64,000 nt of DNA from Bacillota bacterium (lineage in GTDB: Bacteria; Bacillota; Sulfobacillia; Sulfobacillales; JAIMBI01), in the NCBI GenBank assembly GCA_021820465.1, contig JAKADP010000004.1:11319-75318 (forward strand), given 5' to 3'. The translations under genes and the position numbers were made by a program. Shown piece by piece: positions 47,202 to 53,861 of the stretch. Positions within the stretch are counted from its first letter, which is position 1, and each line of letters opens with the position of its first letter. Below the pieces are notes generated by a model. It made no database searches, had not been told where the DNA came from, and saw only the letters and a program-made list of their open reading frames with translations.

Positions 47202-47467
47202 CTACGGTGGAGGCTCGCCGGCGCCCAGCAGCCCAAGGGCGTCGTCGATGCTGTCGGCGACCACGAGTGGGAGGGCCAGAGCCGCGAGGTTGTCGGCGGG
47301 CAGCGCGGCGAGGCGCGACCGGACGGGCGGGGGCGCGCACCCAAAGCACTGTGCCAGCTGGATTGTCAGCAGACGGCGCTGGCCTTCCTCGCGCCCTGCC
47401 TCGCGACCTGCCTGGGGACCCCGGTCTTCGCACGGGTGAGCTCGCGCAACACCGGACTCAACTCCAA
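47202..47467 (-). pseudogene. frameshifted stand-alone copy of the Rpn C-terminal (DUF4351-like) module
   Basis: About 265 nt highly similar to 47496-47850. It starts at TTG AGT CCG, homologous to the internal ATG AGT CCG of the full gene. A 4-nt deletion after ...ACCCGTG shifts the frame. Only 2 REEG-type units. Confidence 0.7.
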
Positions 47468-47495
47468 TACCCCTTTTGGCGGAGTTTAAGGGGTC

Positions 47496-48491
47496 CTACA
47501 GTGATGGCTCGCCGCCGCCCAGCAGCCCAAGGACGTCGTCGATACTGTCGGCGACCACGAGTGGGAGGGCCAGAGCCGCGAGCTTGTCAGCCGGCAGCGC
47601 GGCGAGGCGCGACCGGACGGCCGGGGGCACGCACCCAAAGCGCTGTGCCAGCTGGATTTCCAGCAGACGGCGCTGGCCCTCCTCGCGACCTTCCTCGCGA
47701 CCTTCCTCGCGGCCTTCCTCGCGGCCTTCTTCGCGGCCTTCTTCGCGGCCTTCTTCGCGCCCTTCCTCGCGACCTGCCTGGCGACCCCGGTCTTCGGCTT
47801 CACGGGTGAGCTCGCGCAGCAGCGGACTCATCTTCAACACCTCCATCACGTAGTTTACGTCGGGGGCGGACAAAAAGGGAGCGGTGAGGGCCAGCACCAC
47901 GGCCGCTGCTGACAAGCCCGACTGCCGGGGAAGCGCGACGGCCGTCTCGACCGCCCAAGCCGCCCGGGCGGATTGCGTGGCCTGTGGGTGCCGCATGAAG
48001 GGCCAGTAGGCCAGATCCAACAGGTCCGGCGGGCTCCAGGCGGACCCGTGGGCCACCAGATCCTTCAGGTGCTGCTCTACTTTCACTCCGTCCCGCGAGC
48101 CGATGAGGACGTTCTCCACGGCAAACGCAATGCTGCCAAGGTCGAGTGTGCGATCGGCCGGCTGGCGCGCCGTGAGGTACACCACAGCCACTTGGACCGG
48201 AGCCCGGTGAGTGATGGCCAAGGCGGTCGCGTAGCCGAGGAACCGGTATAGGTCTGGCTCGGCCGTGGATTGGAACTCCAAGTGCAGCAGCCGGCCATCC
48301 TGAGTGCGAAAAACGGCGTCGACGAGAGATTCGTGGGCCACGACGTGCGGAACGTTGGACGGCAGGGCTTCCACAATCGGAGGACTGTCGATGCCGTACC
48401 ATCCCACGGCTGCATCCGCCAAGACCCGCACCAGCTCCTTTTGGGCGATGTCTCGGGACTGGCGGTTCAGAGAATTCCTGGGCTCGTCCAT
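47496..48491 (-). CDS. Rpn-family (YhgA-like, PD-(D/E)XK) recombination-promoting nuclease / putative transposase with DUF4351-like C-terminus
   Basis: …DAVFRTQDGRLLHLEFQS… nuclease core, and a C-terminal ...QRRLLEIQLAQRFG...LPADKLAALAL... module. ATG 48491 follows GGGAGG. The track ORF starts at TTG 48521. Confidence 0.8.
   Translation of the reverse strand: MDEPRNSLNRQSRDIAQKELVRVLADAAVGWYGIDSPPIVEALPSNVPHVVAHESLVDAVFRTQDGRLLHLEFQSTAEPDLYRFLGYATALAITHRAPVQVAVVYLTARQPADRTLDLGSIAFAVENVLIGSRDGVKVEQHLKDLVAHGSAWSPPDLLDLAYWPFMRHPQATQSARAAWAVETAVALPRQSGLSAAAVVLALTAPFLSAPDVNYVMEVLKMSPLLRELTREAEDRGRQAGREEGREEGREEGREEGREEGREEGREEGREEGQRRLLEIQLAQRFGCVPPAVRSRLAALPADKLAALALPLVVADSIDDVLGLLGGGEPSL
47676..47783. 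repeat. in-frame 12-bp tandem repeat, about 9 units, encoding (REEG)8 in the Rpn linker
   Basis: Read directly: units of CTTCCTCGCGRC with small variations. The downstream pseudogene copy has only about 2 units. Confidence 0.95.
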
Positions 48492-48634
48492 ATCCGCGCC
48501 TCCCGCCAGCTGCCGGTTCAATCTGGCATTCTAATCATAGCATGAAATATGAGGGTTAGCGGAATAGTGGGGTGTATTCATGGCTTAAAGTTTCATCGAC
48601 GCGCGGAGCTCCGGGTGCCAGCCTCAGTGTGTCC

Positions 48635-48663
48635 TTAAACGTTTGGCCTCCTGGCCCCGTTAA
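48635..48663 (+). promoter_or_regulatory. ECF-type promoter candidate (TTAAAC-17 nt-CGTTAA) upstream of the ECF sigma gene
   Basis: An AAC...CGT architecture like Bacillus SigW/SigX-type promoters, about 40 nt upstream of ATG 48704. Confidence 0.4.
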
Positions 48664-48703
48664 TGACTGTGTGAGCCGACGGGGATGCGACGGGAGGGTT
48701 CCG

Positions 48704-49279
48704 ATGGCCAAGGGCAGCCGCACGGACGTGGAACAGGAGGTGGGCGCCTGGGTAGCAGAGTATGGGGACCGCCTGGTGCACTACGCCTGGGTGCTGGTGC
48801 GAGACCCGCAGGAGGCCCAGGACGTGGCGCAGGAGGCGTTCCTTCGGCTGTATCGCTGGCGCGCGGGAGCCGGGGCGTCCCGGCCGGTGACCCCTGCCCT
48901 TCTGTACCGCATTACCCAGCGCTTGGCCCTGGACCATCTCCGCCGCCCCACCCGTCCGCCGTCTCTGGACGAAACGGCCACGGATGGGGACTACGCGTGG
49001 GAGTCAGAGGTCGTGGCCCGGCTGGATGTGGAGGCGGTGCTCGCGCAGCTGTCGTGGTCGGACCGCGCGGCCATCTGGCTGTTCTACTTTGATGGCTGGA
49101 CGACGGAGGACATCGCCGGACATCTGGGGGTGACCCGCGCGAATGTGCGAGGTCGGCTGTTCCGCGCGCGCCAGCGCTTCCTGAAAGCCTGGACGGCCCG
49201 GGATGGGCGCGAGGGGAGTGGAGGCGCAGGGCAGGGCGCAGGAGCGGCGCGGAAGGGACAGGTGACTGATGGACGATAA
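48704..49279 (+). CDS. ECF (group 4) RNA polymerase sigma factor
   Basis: Trimmed to MAKGSR after GGGAGGG. Region 2 has …DVAQEAFLRLYR… and region 4 has …TEDIAGHLGVTRANVRGRLFRARQRF…. Confidence 0.85.
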   Translation: MAKGSRTDVEQEVGAWVAEYGDRLVHYAWVLVRDPQEAQDVAQEAFLRLYRWRAGAGASRPVTPALLYRITQRLALDHLRRPTRPPSLDETATDGDYAWESEVVARLDVEAVLAQLSWSDRAAIWLFYFDGWTTEDIAGHLGVTRANVRGRLFRARQRFLKAWTARDGREGSGGAGQGAGAARKGQVTDGR

Positions 49280-50627
49280 GCCGCATGGCCGTACCGGGGT
49301 GTTGCGGGGAGACGAGGTATTGCGGGAAGGGATGGCCGTCGGCCCCCGGCCAGCGCTCACATTTGACCGCGACCGCTGGGAGGCGGGTGCCGCGGCCCGT
49401 GCCGGCGCACCTCTCGGCCGGAGCGTCAACTGGATGGTCGGAGCGGCGGTGGCCGCCACTGCCGCGATGACCGCGCCGGCCTGGCTGCACTCTGCCCATG
49501 TCATTGGACCGGTGCCGCCCCACGTGGTGGAGTCCCGCTTGGGAGAGATGCGGGCTCCCATCGGCCTGGAACACCTGTGGATGGCGTCTGCGATGAGGGG
49601 CTGGGCGCTAGGTGGTCCGGGCGCCATCTTGATTACGGCCGACGGCGGCCGCCGCTGGCAGAATGTGTTGCCCCCCCAGGCGCCCGCCGTGGGTGCCTTC
49701 GCCGTGCGCTCATCGCGCGACGCGTGGTGGGCGGCGGCCAATCGTGCGGGTGTGCGCATCTACCACACTCAGAATGCCGGGCGGTCGTGGGCGTGGACCG
49801 AGCTGGCCGGCCCTCCGTTTCCGGCCGGCTGGCGCCTCTCGCGACACGCCCTCGCGCTGGGGCCCCGGGGAACGGCGTACCTGCTGGTGGCGCCCAACTG
49901 GTATGGCAAGGCGGGGTCTCCGCCGGCCGGGCCGGACACCCTCTGGGCCACCCACGACAGCGGTGCAACGTGGACGCCCCGCGTCCTGTCGGGGTTTCCG
50001 GGGGGCGTGGAGGATGCGGGCCGCCTCTACACGGGTGCGGGCGGTGTGCTGTTCTTGGAAAGTGCCGGGCATCATCACGTCTGGTGGTCGTCGGATGGCG
50101 GGCAGCACTGGACGCCCGTGGCCATCCGCGGTGTCCCGGCGGGGGCCCGGCTGGTGGGAGAGCCGGTCTTCTTCGGGCGGGGACGCCACGCGCCAGGGTT
50201 ATGGCTCGCGTCGAAGGGCGGCCCGGGGCTCCCGCTGGGCCAGGACACGACCGATGTTTTGGCGAGCAGTACCGGGGGGGCATCGTGGATGGCTGCCATG
50301 ACCGTGCAGGGATTCAGCCCCGTGCTGGCGGCGGCGTCGCCCAACCAGTGGACCGGCGCCGCCGCTGACCCCATGACGCGTGGCACGTCCGGACTCCCTG
50401 GTCAGTATTTTGGGGCGTCGCACGCCCGTGCCGGGGTTGGCCAGTGGGTACGGACGCTGGTTCCGCGTCTGTCCTCCGCCGCGCACATTGGAGAGCTCGA
50501 CTTTTTGAATCGGCAAGACCAGTGGGTGCTGGTGGATGTGGGAGGGACCAGTGAATTGTGGGCGTCCACGGATGGTGGGCGCGAGTGGTCTGAACTATCG
50601 TCCGGCGTCAACCTCCAAGCCCCCTGA
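49269..50627 (+). CDS. putative anti-sigma factor: single-pass membrane protein with an extracytoplasmic BNR/Ycf48-like beta-propeller
   Basis: Overlaps the sigma gene by 11 nt. About 55 aa cytoplasmic, one TM, then repeated S/T-x-D/N-x-G-x-x-W boxes (TADGGRRW, TQNAGRSW, THDSGATW, SSDGGQHW, STDGGREW). Confidence 0.6.
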   Translation: MDDKPHGRTGVLRGDEVLREGMAVGPRPALTFDRDRWEAGAAARAGAPLGRSVNWMVGAAVAATAAMTAPAWLHSAHVIGPVPPHVVESRLGEMRAPIGLEHLWMASAMRGWALGGPGAILITADGGRRWQNVLPPQAPAVGAFAVRSSRDAWWAAANRAGVRIYHTQNAGRSWAWTELAGPPFPAGWRLSRHALALGPRGTAYLLVAPNWYGKAGSPPAGPDTLWATHDSGATWTPRVLSGFPGGVEDAGRLYTGAGGVLFLESAGHHHVWWSSDGGQHWTPVAIRGVPAGARLVGEPVFFGRGRHAPGLWLASKGGPGLPLGQDTTDVLASSTGGASWMAAMTVQGFSPVLAAASPNQWTGAAADPMTRGTSGLPGQYFGASHARAGVGQWVRTLVPRLSSAAHIGELDFLNRQDQWVLVDVGGTSELWASTDGGREWSELSSGVNLQAP

Positions 50628-50671
50628 TTCCAGGCGGGAGCGGCCACGGCCGCGCCCGCCTGGCTGCCGTG

Positions 50672-51004
50672 TCAGCGCACGGCGGTGGGGACGAACAGGT
50701 CCACCAGACCGATGATCAAGGCGGCGACCAAGGCCGCCACGATGGTCACATGCATGGTGGGAATTACAAACTGCACCATCCAGATGACCACGGCGGACAC
50801 CAAGAAGCCCACGATGCCGCGCCCGTAGGGGGACACCCCGCGCCCAAAGAGCGCTTCCAGCAGATATCCCACCAAGCTGATCACAATGGCGGCCAACAGC
50901 GCATCCCAAAAGGTCAGGTGCGAAAAGCCTGGCACCACGTATCCCAACAGCATGAGCACGAGGGCCGCCACGATGAAGCGAACGATGGCTCCAACCCATC
51001 CCAT
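50672..51004 (-). CDS. four-TM membrane protein of the phage-holin-4-like (YvlD-type) family
   Basis: 110 aa, entirely hydrophobic helices with a G-rich loop. Resembles Bacillus YvlD-like proteins. Confidence 0.6.
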   Translation of the reverse strand: MGWVGAIVRFIVAALVLMLLGYVVPGFSHLTFWDALLAAIVISLVGYLLEALFGRGVSPYGRGIVGFLVSAVVIWMVQFVIPTMHVTIVAALVAALIIGLVDLFVPTAVR

Positions 51005-51249
51005 ATGCCCGTCGCCTCCTCCTTGCTTGCGCTCGGCGCTTGAGCCTTCGCGGCTGCGCCCGGCGCGCCGCGGGCCGTCGCCAGTAGTGTGGCGCCGCTC
51101 GGCACTTTCATACGGCTTCGGGTCGTCTAACGCGGTGGCTCGACGGGCACGCTACCTCGGGATGCCGTGCCGCATCGCCAAGGCGATTCCAGCTGACACC
51201 GTCGAGCACAGGCGAACAACGCAGAAACCTGAGGAGGTGCACGGGCACC

Positions 51250-51537
51250 ATGGCTAATCAAGGAAACGGAGTGCCGCGGTCGTTCCAAGATCTGAAGGCG
51301 CGTGCTGCCGCCAAGATTCAGCGGGGCGACCCGGATGTCCACAGCGATATCATCGAGATGGGTGATGCCATGCTTCAGGCGGGCGTGGAGCCCCAGACGC
51401 ATCAGGACCATGTCGCTAAGGCCGTCTGGCAGTCCAGCCAGCCGCATGAGAAGCGGATGCTGGCGGATTTGGTCGCCCGCATGGCGAAGGCGGAGGCGGA
51501 CGCCACCAACGCGGCGGACCCGGATGCCCTCGGCTAA
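51250..51537 (+). CDS. DUF3243-like (YmfJ-like) small protein
   Basis: TGAGGAGGTG SD. The …HEKRMLADLVARMAK… segment resembles DUF3243 proteins of Bacilli (recognition only). Confidence 0.5.
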   Translation: MANQGNGVPRSFQDLKARAAAKIQRGDPDVHSDIIEMGDAMLQAGVEPQTHQDHVAKAVWQSSQPHEKRMLADLVARMAKAEADATNAADPDALG

Positions 51538-51594
51538 ATCTGGGCCGCGCTGGGATTCGGAGGACGGTTTGCCGGCAACGGCAGCCGTCTCTCC

Positions 51595-51623
51595 TTGTGT
51601 GCAGGGCCGCCACTGCTTATAAT
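51595..51623 (+). promoter_or_regulatory. near-consensus sigma-A promoter (TTGTGT-17 nt-TATAAT) of the putative 6S RNA
   Basis: -35 at 51595-51600 and -10 at 51618-51623. No ORF with an SD follows. Confidence 0.6.
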
Positions 51624-51629
51624 GCCGTC

Positions 51630-51846
51630 GGGTCCTGCAGTGTGCGTGCGCGTTGTGGTATGTTTTGAGCCAACACCATGACATAGGGAACCGGATCCTT
51701 GAGCAGGTGGCCGGCACGCCCCCCCGAAGGGGCCAGGGGACGTCGAAAGCTTGCGGGAGGTTCCCACCTGCTTGCGAGCAGGTTCAAAACGCCAAAAGTC
51801 ACACGGCATCGCGGGGCGTCGGCGGGGGCACACCCCGCCGTTTTTC
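51630..51846 (+). ncRNA. ssrS: putative 6S RNA (SsrS)
   Basis: Promoter plus intrinsic terminator with no coding potential. The 5' GUCCUGCAGUGUG...UUGUGGUAUGUUUUGAGCCAAC resembles my recollection of the B. subtilis 6S-1 5' arm and pRNA template. There are two 10-bp helices: 51662-51671 with 51781-51790, and 51701-51710 with 51764-51773. It lies between aspS and rarA, as bsrA does in B. subtilis. Confidence 0.6.
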
Positions 51847-52662
51847 GTGGAATCCTGACGACGGCGGGCCAGGGCGGGCCTCCGGGCCTGCCACCACGGC
51901 GTCGCGGTGCACCCAAATGGCTTGGAGGATGCCGTCGCCGGCATGCCAGCGATGAAGGCGCTCCGAGCGAAACGCGACGGAGTCTCCCGCGTCCAAGATG
52001 TAGGCGCGCTCGTCCGTGAAGGCTAGGTGAAGCTGCCCGCTCACGACCCAGATGAATTCTTCGCCGGGATGTCCGTGGAACACGTCCACGCCCGCGCCCG
52101 CGTCGGCCGTGACCAGCAGGGGGCGGAGGTGCACGTCGCCTTGGGCCAGACCCGCCAGCACGACCCCGCTGCCGCTGGTCAGCAGCACCGGCCGCTCGCC
52201 GGCGCGCACCAGGGCTGGGTCGGCACCGACACGGCCCCTCGCCAGATCGATCAGAGTCATGCCGTACAGGGTGGCCAGCGCCTGCAGCGTCACCAGCGTG
52301 CCGTTGGAGCGGCCCGCTTCCAGCGCAGCCAGGTGGGGTTCGCTCAGGCCCGCGCGGTGCGCCGCAGCGCGCCGGGACCACCCACGCGCCTCCCGGGCCG
52401 TCTGGAGCGTGGCCCCCAACTCCGAGCGCCGGTGGGCCGGTGGCTCGTCCAACTCGCCCAGCAGAGCGGCGGCGGCCGCCATTCGCGTCCCCCGGCCCAG
52501 CATTTGCTTGATCAGCTGCAGCCGCAGCAGGTCCGGCGCGAGAAAGCAACGATGGCCCGCAGCGTCGCGCTGTGGCTGAATCAAGCCGTAGCGCTCCCAC
52601 TTGCGAATGGTCTGCGGCGATACGCCCACCAAGGCCGCCGCCTGCTGGATTTTAAGCCGCAT
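51799..52662 (-). CDS. three-domain transcriptional regulator: MerR-type HTH + XRE-type HTH + cupin
   Basis: Track ORF 51799..53319 trimmed to MRLKIQQAAALVGVSPQTIRKWERYGL (MerR). Then ...RGWSRRAAAHRAGLSEPHLAALEAGR (XRE) and ...HGHPGEEFIWVVSGQLHL...RLHRW (cupin). GAGGGGAG SD. Confidence 0.75.
   Translation of the reverse strand: MRLKIQQAAALVGVSPQTIRKWERYGLIQPQRDAAGHRCFLAPDLLRLQLIKQMLGRGTRMAAAAALLGELDEPPAHRRSELGATLQTAREARGWSRRAAAHRAGLSEPHLAALEAGRSNGTLVTLQALATLYGMTLIDLARGRVGADPALVRAGERPVLLTSGSGVVLAGLAQGDVHLRPLLVTADAGAGVDVFHGHPGEEFIWVVSGQLHLAFTDERAYILDAGDSVAFRSERLHRWHAGDGILQAIWVHRDAVVAGPEARPGPPSSGFHEKRRGVPPPTPRDAV
51820..51846 (+). terminator. intrinsic terminator (CGGCGGGG-gcaca-CCCCGCCG-TTTTT)
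   Basis: 8-bp GC stem, 5-nt loop and a T5 tract, read directly. It overlaps the 3' end of the convergent regulator gene. Confidence 0.75.
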
Positions 52663-52836
52663 GGCGCCTGAGCTCCCCTCTTGGACGGGCCGCCGCCGCA
52701 CGCCCGGAGCCGCTTCGCCCAGGATCCGCTTCGCGATGAGATCCCAAAAGTCCTGCCGCCGCGCGCCCTCGCCCGGGGTGGTATGCTGGCCGTGCCCGAG
52801 GCTCGCGGGCAGCAGGTTCCCGAGGAGGGCTCGGCG

Positions 52837-53859
52837 ATGATTGATTTGCGCAGTGACACCGTGACCCAACCCACTGCGGCGATGCGGCGCGTCATGGCGG
52901 AGGCCGAGGTGGGGGACGATGTCTACGGGGAAGACCCCACCGTCAACCGGCTGGAGTCGGAAGCCGCCCGCATCCTGAACAAAGCGGCCGCGCTGTATGT
53001 GCCCACCGCCACCATGGCCAACCAGCTGGCGGTGCTGAGCCACACGGAGCGGGGCGACGAAATATTCTTGGACGAAGACGCCCATATTTACTATTACGAA
53101 GCGGGAGCGCCCGCTCTTTTGGCGGGGGTGACCTGCCACTTGCTGCCGCACGCGTCGGGCGTAATCGACCCGCATGTGCTGGCGGCCGCTATTCGGCCGG
53201 CCAATGTCCACCATCCACGCCCGCGGCTCCTGGTGGTGGAAGACACCCACAACCGCGCGGGAGGGGCGGCCGTGCCGGCCTCCATGCTGGCTCCTGCGGT
53301 GGCGGTGGCGCGTCAGCACGACTTAGCGGTGCACATGGACGGAGCCCGGCTGTTCAACGCGGCCGTGGCGCTCGCCATTGCGCCGGCAGACTTGGCCGCC
53401 GGCGTGGACAGCGTGACGCTCTGCCTGTCGAAAGGCTTGGGGGCACCGCTGGGCGCTCTGCTGGTGGGGTCGGCGGCGCTCATCGACCGGGCACGCCGCT
53501 ATCGCAAGCAGCTGGGCGGCGGCATGCGGCAGGCGGGGATCGTGGCCGCGGGGGGGCTGTACGGATTGGAGTATCACGTCCAGCGGCTCGCCGAAGACCA
53601 TCGGCGCGCGCAGGCGCTGGCGTCCGAGCTGTCTAGGCTCCCTGGATTTCGGGTGGTGCTTCCTCCGGTGCCCACCAACATGGTGATGGTCGACGTGATG
53701 GGGCCGCTCGACCGCTTGCTGCGCGACGCACTCTCGGCCGGCATTCGGCTCGGGGCAGTGGGTCCCCAGCGCCTTCGCCTGGTGACCCATCTGGACATTG
53801 GGGATGCTGACGTGGAAGTGGTGTCCGCGTTCTTTCGCCGAGCGGCGGCGCAGGGCTGA
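52837..53859 (+). CDS. ltaE: low-specificity L-threonine aldolase
   Basis: MIDLRSDTVTQPT...GDDVYGEDPTVN...CLSKGLGAP (PLP lysine). GAGGAGGG SD. Confidence 0.85.
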   Translation: MIDLRSDTVTQPTAAMRRVMAEAEVGDDVYGEDPTVNRLESEAARILNKAAALYVPTATMANQLAVLSHTERGDEIFLDEDAHIYYYEAGAPALLAGVTCHLLPHASGVIDPHVLAAAIRPANVHHPRPRLLVVEDTHNRAGGAAVPASMLAPAVAVARQHDLAVHMDGARLFNAAVALAIAPADLAAGVDSVTLCLSKGLGAPLGALLVGSAALIDRARRYRKQLGGGMRQAGIVAAGGLYGLEYHVQRLAEDHRRAQALASELSRLPGFRVVLPPVPTNMVMVDVMGPLDRLLRDALSAGIRLGAVGPQRLRLVTHLDIGDADVEVVSAFFRRAAAQG

Positions 53860-53861
53860 GG

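Noticed and set aside
45811-47433. Long 5' extensions of track ORFs, for example 45811..47433, 95..2098, 8974..10188, 19413..21014, 51799..53319, 29865..31496 and 22547..24445.
   Set aside because: The recognisable protein begins at an internal start codon preceded by a GGAGG-type SD. The upstream parts are Arg/Pro-rich and overlap other genes or intergenic promoters, so I trimmed them rather than report fusion proteins.
47150-47809. Plus-strand 219-aa ORF with an internal ~100-aa duplication and (LPRG/LLRG)n repeats.
   Set aside because: It is the antisense reading of the rpn C-terminal module, its duplicated pseudogene copy and the REEG repeat. The duplication is real but belongs to the minus-strand features.
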